NCBI GenBank assembly: GCA_034226945.1
Contig: CP120458.1
Location: 930,001 to 994,000, forward strand
Length of the DNA stretch: 64,000 nucleotides
DNA from: Picochlorum sp. SENEW3
Lineage: Eukaryota
Reading direction: 5' to 3'
In this document: positions 42,984-53,508 of the stretch, piece after piece
How positions within the stretch are numbered: the first letter of the stretch is position 1
Layout of the letters: each line of letters opens with the position of its first letter
The notes under the pieces: generated by a model
What the model was told of the DNA's origin: nothing
Databases searched by the model: none
Seen by the model: the letters and a program-made list of their open reading frames with translations, nothing else
Made by a program: the position numbers and the translations under genes

Positions 42984-44456
42984 ATGTCTGTCGCAAGGGC
43001 AAGGGTTCTTCCAACAGATTTTAAACCAGAGCCTGGGACTGAGCTCTATGAAGGGGTGTATCTGGGGAAGCTTCTTGGGGCGGGATCGCAGGCAAAGGTG
43101 TACACGCTCGTCGACAAGGACGGAAACCCTTTGAACAAAGTTTTGAAGATTGGTCATACTGATATCGGTCATACAATGATTTTGAACAAATTTGCTGCGT
43201 CTATGATGGATTTGCAGCACGAGTGGGAGCTCGGAGTGCACATCATGGCTGTTTTGAGGGATGAGAATGGATATCTTCCAGGATACACGAGTACTTTTGA
43301 TTCATGCGTGTCCAAGCAGAGCAATGGTAAGGTTGTCTTCAGAGGGATGATTCTGGAGCAGATCAATGGGTATCCTGTGAGGAAGAGGCTGCAGGACCCA
43401 TCATTCCACAACATCAAGTATGTGAGGGAGATGTTGTTCCAGCTTTTGACTGCCCTGGATCGTGGACAGAGGTTACTGGGATTCACGCATGCTGATATGG
43501 GCTTGGGTAATATCATGGAACATTATCCAGAGGTGTATCCGGAAGGAACGGTGACCTCTGTGAGTGATATTCCAGGCTTTGAAGCCAGTGGCAGTGGCAG
43601 CTTGCTTCCAAAGGGACCAAAGATGGAATTCAAGATTATTGACTATGGCTTGGTTGAATTGAATGACAAGCTGGCATATACTGCTGGTGGAACGACGCCA
43701 GCCCAGACGTTGGCCAAGTTGGAGGAAGGATTTGGCCACCAGGGCGTTGGAGAGGGCGTTGACCTGTCATTTGGGCCTGAAGGAAGCGAGTGTGAAAAAT
43801 GCGATGAATGGAAATTCCACAAGCCAGAACATAAGAAAAGCGGTATTGAAGACGATTACTATGTACTGAAACCAAAACATATGTCTTTGGGGAAGAAGGC
43901 TCACAAAAAGCTGCACAAGGACAACACCCAGGACAAGGTCACGCTGAATGGTGCCAAGGGTCCAGTTGAGAAAATGTACAGGCGATTTTGGGCACGCAAG
44001 GGTGATGTGTTCCATTTACTGTTGGCATTAGGAACCATTTTGAATGAAAGGGTGTGGCCAAAGGAGGATGAGCGTGAGGTCAGGATGTTTGCCCATTTGG
44101 TCTTCCATGTGACTGGAGTCAAGGTGACTGCATATTTTGCCTCTCCCGATGAGAAGATCAGTGTTTTGGGTCGTCGTGACAAGACTGCTGAATTCAAACC
44201 ATTACCGTCATACTCTGAAGTATCTGATGATGAAGAGGAAGAGGAGGAGGAGTTCTCAGGCAAGCCACTCTATGGCAAGAGGAAGGGACCATTTGGATGC
44301 TTCCAAAGGGGCCACATGTTCTACAGAGCCCACGCCCATCCTTTCAATTCTGGTCTTTTGGCAGGCGAAGCCTTGGTCTCTCCATTCTTTGGAAGAACAG
44401 CCCCACAGCCTGCCCCACAGGCTGACACCAATGATATTCTGGCATACAAAAAGTAA
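42984..44456 (+). CDS. Atypical protein kinase-like protein
   Basis: LGAGSQAKV G-loop, KVLK, HADMGLGN catalytic loop, KIIDYG. Confidence 0.8.
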   Translation: MSVARARVLPTDFKPEPGTELYEGVYLGKLLGAGSQAKVYTLVDKDGNPLNKVLKIGHTDIGHTMILNKFAASMMDLQHEWELGVHIMAVLRDENGYLPGYTSTFDSCVSKQSNGKVVFRGMILEQINGYPVRKRLQDPSFHNIKYVREMLFQLLTALDRGQRLLGFTHADMGLGNIMEHYPEVYPEGTVTSVSDIPGFEASGSGSLLPKGPKMEFKIIDYGLVELNDKLAYTAGGTTPAQTLAKLEEGFGHQGVGEGVDLSFGPEGSECEKCDEWKFHKPEHKKSGIEDDYYVLKPKHMSLGKKAHKKLHKDNTQDKVTLNGAKGPVEKMYRRFWARKGDVFHLLLALGTILNERVWPKEDEREVRMFAHLVFHVTGVKVTAYFASPDEKISVLGRRDKTAEFKPLPSYSEVSDDEEEEEEEFSGKPLYGKRKGPFGCFQRGHMFYRAHAHPFNSGLLAGEALVSPFFGRTAPQPAPQADTNDILAYKK

Positions 44457-44746
44457 AGCAAACACAACTAAAAACCTCGTGTTGATCGTCAATACATTGC
44501 ATCCTGTCTGTCTGGTCTCTTTTTTTTTCTCTATTGTAATAATCAGCATCACTACTGAGGACCATATATCACCCAAAGGTTCCATGGAGCAAAAGAAAAA
44601 GGACCATCTACTTGTTGTTCCAGAAGCAACTGTTGGAAATAGCGTCATTGATAACGATGTTGCCTTCAGATTCGTCAAACTTGTTTGAACAGCGAATTCG
44701 TATGTCAAGTGTTGTCTTATACTTCTGATTAAATTTATGTCACACA

Positions 44747-46554
44747 ATGAGCACGGATGTGACAGAGGAAACGCTGTCCAATGGACACCACCATTCGTCT
44801 ACTCCAGAAGTAGGCGACATGGATATTCACACCCAGGCATGTGCTCGAGTCATGCCTCAGCAATTTAAACCTGCACCTGGAGTAGAGGTATGTTTATTGT
44901 GACACCTAGCTTTCAAGAAATAGCAAGCTGAAAGGGAGTGCGGGGAGAATTCTTCCCGTCCAAGTCGTGTCGTTGCATGCGATTGAGTCCCTCGGATACG
45001 TCATTCCTTATATTCCGTAATATATCGCAGGTTTTTGATGGAGTCTGTTTGGGTAAAATGCTTGGGGCTGGAGTTCAAGCAAAGGTTTTCGACTTGGTGT
45101 TCAAGGACGGGAGCCAGACTGGAAAAGTGTTGAAAATCGGGCATCAGGACTTCTCGCATTCTCTTCTCCTGAATAAAATGGCAACTTCAATGATGAGTCT
45201 TCAGAAAGAATGGGAGATTGGTATGCAGTTGAAGGCTGCCCTTGAGGACAAGGATGGCAACCTGCCTGGGTTCACAAGAACATGCGATTGCATGGCAATT
45301 ATGAAGGATGCCAAGTCAAAGTCTGTAACCTTCCGGGGAATGATGATGGAGAAGATACAAGGATGGTCTGTAGCATCGAGAGTGACGGATCCAACGTTCC
45401 ATAATATCCATTACATCAGAGAGATGTTGTATCAAGTGTTTTCTGCCTTGGACAGGGCTCAGCGGTATCTTGGATTCAATCACGCCGACTTGGGACTGAA
45501 CAATGTGATGGAGCATTATCCGAGGATATTGCCATCTCTTGTGGAAAAGCAAAAGCAGGAGAATTTGCGGGTGATTTCATCGACCAACTTAGCCGGTATG
45601 GATTCGGTTTCTTCGCCAAAAGAGCCAGGGAAGGAGCTAACATGGACTCGAACAGAGTCAGGTATGGGCTGTGCGGTTCCACCTCCTGTACCAGGATACT
45701 CGTGCGCTTTTGACGGTAGCAAACTTCCTCTTGGACCCCATATAGAGTTTAAAATTATCGATTATGGGGTTGGAGAGTTTAATGAAACCCTGGCACAAGC
45801 TGCTGGGGGATACACGGCTGATGAGACCTTGCGCAAGATTCATCATGTATTTTCTCAGCGAGGTATTCCAGTGGGACCCAATGCAAATGAAGAGTTGCTC
45901 AACTTGGTACAAGAAGAAGAGCCTGGTATCAACCCAAGAGAAAAGAAGAAGAAGAAGAAGAGGGGTGCTTGGATGTTGAGAAAGGATCAAGATAACAGAT
46001 TTGTTGTCATGGAAGGAGACTCGATGAAAAAGAATGCCAAAGAAAAGGAAAAATCTCACAGACAAACAACATCAGTCTCAAAAGGCCCCATTGAGAAGAT
46101 GTACAGGAGATTTTGGGAACGAAAGGGTGACGTATTCCACATTCTCTTGTCCCTTGCAGTCACCTTGGATGACAGAGTCTGGCCAAAGGAGGATGAAAAG
46201 GACGTTCAACTCTTCATTTCTCTCATCCATCATGTCACCGGGGTGAAAATGAAGGCATACTTTGTCTCTCCAACAGATCCAAAGCGAATCAAGGTCATGG
46301 GGCGACGCTGGAAGGAGTCTGAAGAGTCTGCTGCCGAGGAGGGCTACAGACCATACCTCTATGGCACTCGTGTGCGCTTTTTCAACAAAATGAGAAAATT
46401 CAGAATGGTCCTTTCCGCCCATTTTGCACCTTTCAACTCTGGATTACTCGCCGGAGAAGCACTTGTGTCGCCATTTTTCGGAACTGGAGGAGCAAAGCAT
46501 GCCACATTACCAGTCTGTGTGGAGAGTGCTTTTCCGTTCCGTGAAGTGGCCTAG
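44747..46554 (+). CDS. Atypical protein kinase-like protein, tandem paralogue; 2 exons (intron 44888-45030)
   Basis: Exon 1 ARVMPQQFKPAPGVE| matches ARVLPTDFKPEPGTE of the neighbour; LGAGVQAKV, HADLGLNN, KIIDYG. Confidence 0.82.
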
Positions 46555-46877
46555 AGAGAAGAACTGGCCACTTGTGCATCAACTCAACAACAACAATATC
46601 ACATTTGAATAGAGAGAAGAACTCGTACTATGTAGCATGACGCGTGTCGTCATCAGATCGTCATCGTTTTTACTGTAGCTGTAACTCAACTCAACCTGTG
46701 TTTATGTATGATGATTCATAGGCAAGAGAGAGTCTCGTCGTCTCTGACACGCGCCTGCCACGTGTCACAGCCGCTGTTCAAAGACGCCACAAGAGAGGAC
46801 GGGGGATTATACGATTCCAGTATCAAAAGATCATACCAAATGAATATCAGATACCAGTTTAACAAAATCATAAATGC

Positions 46878-47462
46878 ATGATGATTGATACAAACGATAC
46901 GCAACGATTGAAGAGAGTTTCGGAAAGTTGCGAGAGGTCAAGTCCATTGTTGCCCGTCAGCTCTGTCAACCATTTAAGCCTGGTTGTGTCCGACTGTGAC
47001 CGTTCTTTGAAATTTTATAAAACATTGTTGGGATTCCAAGAGATTACGAGACCAAAATCTTTCGATTTTGATGGATATTGGTTGGAAAAAGAAAACCTAG
47101 CATTGCACCTCGTGCAGGCACAACGTCGGCAGCCAAGGCCAAACCGAAGAGCAATACATACCAAATCTAATCACATAAGTCTTATATGTGATACTTCCAT
47201 GGGCGACGTGGAGAAAATACTGGATTCTGTGGGAATTTTGTACAAGAAGGAAACCTGGACGGAACCCACCGGGGAAGTGCTGGAACAAGTGTTTTTTCAC
47301 GATCCTGACGGATTTCTCATCGAGGTGTGCAATTGCGACTCTTTCATGCATCTAAATAGATGCTGCACAGCACGTCAGGCTGACCGCGATGCAGGTCGAG
47401 GTCAAGAAGACACGAATCATGATGATTCCACAAGCACTGACACCACCCTCCATACCCCCTGA
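46878..47462 (+). CDS. VOC/glyoxalase-family protein
   Basis: VNHLSLVVSD..SLKFY..LLGF, NHISL, QVFFHDPDGFLIEVCNC. Confidence 0.88.
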   Translation: MMIDTNDTQRLKRVSESCERSSPLLPVSSVNHLSLVVSDCDRSLKFYKTLLGFQEITRPKSFDFDGYWLEKENLALHLVQAQRRQPRPNRRAIHTKSNHISLICDTSMGDVEKILDSVGILYKKETWTEPTGEVLEQVFFHDPDGFLIEVCNCDSFMHLNRCCTARQADRDAGRGQEDTNHDDSTSTDTTLHTP

Positions 47463-47689
47463 GGGAATGAAGCAGCAGCTCTTTTTCACTATTTTTCCCA
47501 TGCATGTATCAGTACAAGAACAGATCCTTAAAAAATGACAACAAAGATAAATATCTACAGTATATACAGGTTCACTCAGCTTTTTTTTTAATCGTCAGCG
47601 ACAACTACCACTTTTTTCTTTTACATATTGCAGTACTTGATCATGCATACTCCATTATGTAATACCATCACCCACGTTTCTCTATATTT

Positions 47690-48319
47690 TTATGCCGGCG
47701 TCGGCTCTAATGTTTCAATCATATACGTCATAAAAGCGCCCTTTCTCGGACCAACCTGTTTCTTCTTCAAATGAAACCGAACACACTTTACAGACGACCC
47801 ATCCCCCCCAATCACCCGAGCATCCACAGTCCACGTCCCATCTTCACCAGCCTCTTCCCCGAGAATCTCAAATGACGACGAATTCAACATTTCTGGAAAC
47901 TGATTCCCAAACTGACCCATAAAGTGATCCTGATGGTACAAATCCTTTGGGTACCCAAAATACATGCTTGGATCCAAACCCCCAATATCATACCCGAATT
48001 CGTAGGCCAACTGTATCCCATGATTTGCCCAAGGCTCATTACAATCCTTCAAAGCCTCCAACTGCACCCTGACCGTCTCCTGGGCAGAAAAACTGGCATT
48101 GGGCAACACCATGGGCTGATCTGTATTCTGAGGATTATACACCTTTTTCGGCTCTGATCGACAGATACGACGACGAGCATCCAGTTTGTTTTCTTCTCTG
48201 TGATACCTCCTCGTATGCATTGCAGTATACCGGACACAAGGACCCCTAGGTGACCACAAGAGCCACTTGGCAGCAGGAAAAGAAGAAGAAGAAGAAGAAG
48301 ACACCACGTGGTGCACCAT
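47690..48319 (-). CDS. Uncharacterised plastid-type protein, DUF4864-like
   Basis: Ser-rich transit peptide; ETVRVQLEALKD..HGIQLAYEF..YFGYPKDLYHQDHF. Confidence 0.65.
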   Translation of the reverse strand: MVHHVVSSSSSSSFPAAKWLLWSPRGPCVRYTAMHTRRYHREENKLDARRRICRSEPKKVYNPQNTDQPMVLPNASFSAQETVRVQLEALKDCNEPWANHGIQLAYEFGYDIGGLDPSMYFGYPKDLYHQDHFMGQFGNQFPEMLNSSSFEILGEEAGEDGTWTVDARVIGGDGSSVKCVRFHLKKKQVGPRKGAFMTYMIETLEPTPA

Positions 48320-48609
48320 GATGATGATGATGATACTATCGATGAAGAAGCAGTAGTACAATATAAAATAATAAATATATACTGCTCAATGAATAGCACA
48401 CATGACGGTACCAATTGTATGGAAAGAGAGAAACACCCAGTTGTCTTTTGTACAAAACATGTTTTAAAAGTCTTGTATTACGAAACTTTCGTTCGAAAAC
48501 CCATCGTGGACTGAATACCTCATGATCTCAACGCGATGCATCTTTACTTTATTACTATTAATGGAATATATATATATTCTTATATAAGAGCATATCTTCG
48601 GTAACCCAC

Positions 48610-48656
48610 TGTGTGTGTGTGTGTGTGTGCGTCTCTTTCATCAATCAATCAATCAA
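48610..48656. repeat. (TG)n microsatellite followed by (TCAA)n
   Basis: Directly visible just upstream of the GPX start. Confidence 0.85.
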
Positions 48657-48684
48657 TTAAACACTATTACTCGTAATAATAATC

Positions 48685-49209
48685 ATGGGAGGATACTTTA
48701 GTTCACCGAAAACTGACGTGACATCCTTCCACCAGCTTTCAGCCCTGGATATTGACAAAAACAAGGTCGACTTTTCAACCCTCAAGGGAAAGGTTGTCCT
48801 TGCCACAAACGTTGCATCCAAGTGAGGATTGACAGCAGTAAACTACAAAGAGTTTGCTGCGTTATTGGAGAAATATGGCGATAAGGGGCTTGTGATTATG
48901 GCATTTCCATGCAATCAATTCGCTATGCAAGAGCCAGGGACCAATGCACAGATTAAAGAGTTTGCCAAGTCCAAGGGTTTCACAGGCATGCTCATGGACA
49001 AGGTAAAGGTCAATGGTGCTCATGCGTCCCCTGTCTTTCAATTCTTAAAGGTTGCGTCGGGAGATGAAAGCTTGGTTGCTTGGAACTTTGCCAAGTGGCT
49101 TGTCAAAAAGGATGGCAGTGTCCACGGACGCTATGGCCCCAGGACCAACCCTATGAGTCTGGAGGACGAGATCAAGACCTTGTTGGATGAGGAAGCCTCC
49201 TCATTGTAA
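48685..49209 (+). CDS. GPX: Selenoprotein glutathione peroxidase (Sec at TGA 48823-48825)
   Basis: From ATG 48685: MGGYFSSPK..SFHQLSALDIDKNKVDFSTLKGKVVLATNVASK[TGA]GLT..AFPCNQFAMQEPG..WNFAKWLV. The TGA sits at the NVASxU/C catalytic site. Confidence 0.93.
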
Positions 49210-49233
49210 CACTGGGCAAGAGAGAGATGTATC

Positions 49234-49376
49234 GCAGAATACCTCATCGTGCATGGTGAAAACCAATCATGGGATATGACGGCCCACCTTGACGAGTGCC
49301 TGACAATGACACATCCATGATGTTGGCTTCTTCTTCACCGTGTACATATTCTTGTACATATGAGTAGGTATTCTGC
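49234..49376 (+). promoter_or_regulatory. 3'-UTR stem-loop containing a candidate SECIS core (ATGAC 49276 / TGAC 49301)
   Basis: Nested helices gcagaatacct/aggtattctgc, gtgcatggtgaa/ttcaccgtgtac and tcatgg/ccatga enclose UGAC..UGAC. The apex is short and has no AA. Confidence 0.55.
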
Positions 49377-49781
49377 ATCATCGATTGTCAATCGATGATG
49401 ACTCTATGATGTTACATCATTCACATGTTCATAACCATCATGTAACACAGACTCATCTCCATGTATGTCTATATAAAAAGAGAAAGAGAGCAATGCTGGG
49501 TCTTGATGATGATGATACGAGAGCAATGCATGCCCATGATGGGGCTGTGATGCAAGGGCATGTTGTCAAAACATACATTGTAATTAATACGCATGCACCC
49601 GCGGTAATTCTATAGTATATAATTATTTGGAACCACAAGGTATGCTAGTATGTCTGTAAGAGGAATACAGTGAGGAAAGACGGTGATCTGCGATCACATT
49701 CTGTCTAGCCCCGATCATTCAATAACTGCGGTGCATTGCCTCTTAACTATATTACTATGTGTATGCAGTATTTATATAACA

Positions 49782-52445
49782 ATGATTGGTGGGAAATCTC
49801 TCTCTGGGTCGACCCATCGCTCGATCCCTAATGTCAGAAATGCCCCATTCGCCATGCGAGGTCAAAAACGGATTGGGTTTCCTATTGCTCAGGCATTTCC
49901 AAACATATTGGGAAAAAGTAGGAGCAGCAACGGGAGTGTATCTCCTGATGTGGTGAAGGAAGAGGTGGCCAGGGAAATGCAGTATAGGTTGTCTACCAAC
50001 AGTAGCAGTGATGAGGCCACGTATGCTGCTGTGGCGTGGAGTGTGCATAATCGTTTGGTGGATTCTTTCAACAAGACGCACGAGTTTTGGAAGAGCAAGG
50101 ATCCAAAGTTTGTGTATTATCTGAGTGCCGAGTTTTTGATGGGGCGTACCATGACGAATGCCATCAATAATTTGGGTGTGGAGGGTGAGTATGCGGAGGC
50201 TATCCGTGAGATTGGAAGTACCATGGAGGCGGTGGCTGATACTGAGGTGGATGCTGCTCTTGGAAATGGTGGGTTGGGCCGTCTGGCAGCGTGCTTTTTG
50301 GATTCCATGGCATCTCTGGATCTTCCAGGGTGGGGGTATGGAATTCGTTACAAGTATGGTATGTTCAAGCAGGGTGTGGCCGAGGATGGAAAGCAGATTG
50401 AACTCCCGGATAAATGGATTCCAGAGACGGGGAATCCTTGGGAGATTCGCAGGCCTCAGATTCGGTTCCCAGTTGGGTTTTATGGGTCTGTGGGAGCAGG
50501 GGGTGAGTGGACACCGGCAGAGACTGTGCATGCTGTGGCGTGTGATTTCCCTATTCCAGGATATCATACAAGTACGACATCGAATTTGAGGCTGTGGGAT
50601 GCTGAACCTGTTGAGGAGTTTGACTTGGAAGCATTCAATGCGGGAGAGTATGAAAAGGCTGTGGCTTCTAGAAGAAAGGCTGATGAAATTGTGGCTGTCT
50701 TGTATCCAAATGATGCGACAGAGGAAGGAAAGGAATTGCGTTTGAAGCAGCAGTACTTTTTCGTGGCTGCGTCGTTGCAGGATACGTTGGCAAGGTTTTT
50801 GGAAGAGCATGGTGATTTGGAAAAGCTTCCTGAAAAGGCCATCTTCCAGTTGAATGATACTCATCCAACTATTGCTGTGCCAGAATTGATGCGATTGTTG
50901 ATTGATGTTCATGGAATGGAGTTCAGCAAGGCATGGGATGTGACGAAGAAATGCCTTGCGTATACCAATCATACTGTGATGCCAGAGGCATTGGAGAAGT
51001 GGCCAGTTGCAGTCTTGTCAAAGCTGTTGCCTCGCCATATGCAGTTGATTGAGCAGATTAATGAGACGTGGTTGGAATCAATCAAGGCTCATGTTGAGAA
51101 AAAGGTTACTGATGCTGCTCCAAAGGCCGAGGATCCAGATGATGTGCCAACAGAGGATTCAGAGGTGGAGGGTGCTGTTGATCCTCTCGAGGCAGCCTTG
51201 GCAGAGTACAGCATTGTCCAGGAGAACCCATGGAACAAGGGTGAGATGCTCGTGAATATGGCGTACTTGGCAGTTGTTGGATCATGTGCTGTGAATGGAG
51301 TGGCAGCAATTCATTCTGAAATTATCAAGGAGGATATTTTCCCTCAGTTTGTGGAAATCTTCCAAGAAAAGTTCCAGAACAAGACCAACGGAGTGACCTT
51401 GAGACGGTGGCTTGCCTACTGCAATCCAGAGTTGGCTGCATTGGTGACAGAAGCTTTGGGAACAGATGCGTGGGTGAAGGATGCCACCTTGTTGTCCAAG
51501 CTCAAGCCAATGGCGGAGGATGCAGAGTTTAGGAAAAAGTGGAGGGCCATCAAGATGCAAAGGAAGGAAAAGTTGGCTGCACATATCAAAGAGGTGACTG
51601 GTTATGATGTACCAGTGAATGCCATGTTTGATGTGCAGGTCAAGCGTATTCACGAATATAAACGTCAGTTGATGAACACCGTGTCTCTCATTCACAGATA
51701 CCAAAAGATCAAGGCTGCTTCTCCAGAAGAGAGGGCCAAGATGGTTCCACGCGTGGCCATCCTTGGTGGAAAAGCTGCGTCAGCGTATTACATGGCTAAG
51801 AAAATTGTGGCGCTTGTCAATGCAGTCTCAAAAACGGTGAACAATGACCCTGAGGTTGGAGATCTTTTGAAAGTCATCTTCTTGCCAAACTACAATGTGA
51901 CAGAAGCCGAGGTGATCATCCCAGCAGCAGAGCTGTCCCAGCACATCAGTACTGCTGGAACTGAGGCATCAGGAACATCCAACATGAAATTCGCATTGAA
52001 TGGTTCCCTAATCATCGGTACAATGGATGGTGCAAACATTGAGATTGCTGATAACACTGGAGTTGAGAATCTCTTCACCTTTGGTGTGGATGCAGCAGAT
52101 GTCCCTCGCCTGAGAGAAGAGAGGAAAGATTTCAAGGATTACGACCCAAGATGGGTTGCTGCTTTCGACGCTGTCAGAAAAGGAGAGTTTGGCGATGCTG
52201 ATTATTTCGAAGACCTCGTGGACTCTGTCAATGATATGACGAAAGGAAATGATTGGTTCCTGGTGGCAAACGATTTTGCCACATACATGGACGCCCAAGA
52301 TGAGGCAGATGCATTGTATGCAGATGAGGAAGAATGGACCAAGAAATCCATCCTCTATACAGCCTCCAATGGCTTCTTCTCCAGTGACCGTACGATTCAG
52401 CAGTATGCTGATGAGATCTGGAATGTCAAGCCATGTGCTCCATGA
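49782..52445 (+). CDS. Alpha-glucan (starch) phosphorylase, plastid-targeted
   Basis: YYLSAEFLMGR, ALGNGGLGRLAACF, LNDTHP, KTNGVT, KRIHEYKRQ, EASGTSNMKF (PLP Lys), FSSDRTI. Confidence 0.97.
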   Translation: MIGGKSLSGSTHRSIPNVRNAPFAMRGQKRIGFPIAQAFPNILGKSRSSNGSVSPDVVKEEVAREMQYRLSTNSSSDEATYAAVAWSVHNRLVDSFNKTHEFWKSKDPKFVYYLSAEFLMGRTMTNAINNLGVEGEYAEAIREIGSTMEAVADTEVDAALGNGGLGRLAACFLDSMASLDLPGWGYGIRYKYGMFKQGVAEDGKQIELPDKWIPETGNPWEIRRPQIRFPVGFYGSVGAGGEWTPAETVHAVACDFPIPGYHTSTTSNLRLWDAEPVEEFDLEAFNAGEYEKAVASRRKADEIVAVLYPNDATEEGKELRLKQQYFFVAASLQDTLARFLEEHGDLEKLPEKAIFQLNDTHPTIAVPELMRLLIDVHGMEFSKAWDVTKKCLAYTNHTVMPEALEKWPVAVLSKLLPRHMQLIEQINETWLESIKAHVEKKVTDAAPKAEDPDDVPTEDSEVEGAVDPLEAALAEYSIVQENPWNKGEMLVNMAYLAVVGSCAVNGVAAIHSEIIKEDIFPQFVEIFQEKFQNKTNGVTLRRWLAYCNPELAALVTEALGTDAWVKDATLLSKLKPMAEDAEFRKKWRAIKMQRKEKLAAHIKEVTGYDVPVNAMFDVQVKRIHEYKRQLMNTVSLIHRYQKIKAASPEERAKMVPRVAILGGKAASAYYMAKKIVALVNAVSKTVNNDPEVGDLLKVIFLPNYNVTEAEVIIPAAELSQHISTAGTEASGTSNMKFALNGSLIIGTMDGANIEIADNTGVENLFTFGVDAADVPRLREERKDFKDYDPRWVAAFDAVRKGEFGDADYFEDLVDSVNDMTKGNDWFLVANDFATYMDAQDEADALYADEEEWTKKSILYTASNGFFSSDRTIQQYADEIWNVKPCAP

Positions 52446-52527
52446 GCAAAATGAGAGAGATTATTGTGTAGCGTGGGCAAAACGCATGTAACCATGGTAT
52501 TTTTTTGTCAACTAGCTATACTGTACA

Positions 52528-53436
52528 TCAGAGCCCCAGTGTTTTCAAGTATGATACATCGAGTGTCCATCCAGAGTCCCTCCGAATTTCCGAAAACTCA
52601 AACTGCCTCGACATGATCTCTGCTGCTTCCTCTGTGGTCAAATCATTCAAATCTTCCAGAACTTGGACAAAGTCACGTTCCGTCAATGTTGTCCCTACGT
52701 CCAAATACTGAATCAATGAAATTAATGTATCTTGCACTGCGAATCCAACCAGCCTGACTACCTTGTCGCCCTCAAGAATCCGCCAGCGAGCCTCGACTGA
52801 TGATGTGGATGCACCTGTGATGCTGCATCTATAGTTCATTCGTTGTGCCATCCCATCCCTGTATGTCTCCCAGGCCTCACCCTTCAGCGTATGCACGAGA
52901 TTCTTGCAATCAGATATCAAATCTCCTGGAATCGCCAAAGGTATCACGGGCGGTAAATGGGGCTGCGTATCCAACAGGCAGCCCCAGTTGCCATTACCTG
53001 TACTGACCTGGCCAACACTCTTGATCCTGCCAAAGCAGATTTGATGAATAAATGCACCAGTCTGCTGTTTCGGAATATACCCCAGTTTCTCATCATTCAA
53101 AAGCTTCACAGCAACAGCATTGGGATCGTATCGATTCTCTGGCTCCTTTTCCAAGACGACAGCCGTGTTTGGTCTCAAATTCTGCAACAATGCTTGCCTG
53201 TCGTCAAAGGTCACACCGGCAACTCGGAACGTCTCCATGGGGAGATTCAACCGCAACCCCTCTCGAGCATATATGATATCTGGAAGAATTTCTGATAGAA
53301 TAGACCCGCCTTTCGGTGTGGAATGCATCGCTGCTCGCTCAAACTTTCTTGACCCAAATTGTTTCGTTGGCGTTTGAATAAACGCTTTGGAGGAGAATTT
53401 TCCTGTTGGTAGGGTTCTACATACCCTGAAAATCAT
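52528..53436 (-). CDS. HIRAN-domain protein (standalone from ATG 53436, or terminal exon of the upstream helicase)
   Basis: FRVAGVTF..LEKEPENRYDPNAVAV..KLGYIPK is the HIRAN signature. Confidence 0.8.
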   Translation of the reverse strand: MIFRVCRTLPTGKFSSKAFIQTPTKQFGSRKFERAAMHSTPKGGSILSEILPDIIYAREGLRLNLPMETFRVAGVTFDDRQALLQNLRPNTAVVLEKEPENRYDPNAVAVKLLNDEKLGYIPKQQTGAFIHQICFGRIKSVGQVSTGNGNWGCLLDTQPHLPPVIPLAIPGDLISDCKNLVHTLKGEAWETYRDGMAQRMNYRCSITGASTSSVEARWRILEGDKVVRLVGFAVQDTLISLIQYLDVGTTLTERDFVQVLEDLNDLTTEEAAEIMSRQFEFSEIRRDSGWTLDVSYLKTLGL

Positions 53437-53508
53437 ATTAAAAATACGTATTGGTGTAAACAAGGCATAATCATGGGAAGACAAGTCAGATCTTTGGATT
53501 GGTCTCAC

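Noticed and set aside
48823..48825. GPX as a pseudogene with a premature stop
   Set aside because: The stop is TGA at the exact catalytic codon and the rest of the gene is intact, which fits Sec.
49755..50972. 405-aa minus-strand ORF and many other overlapping ORFs in the track
   Set aside because: Antisense shadows of well-supported genes (here the phosphorylase), with no domain features.
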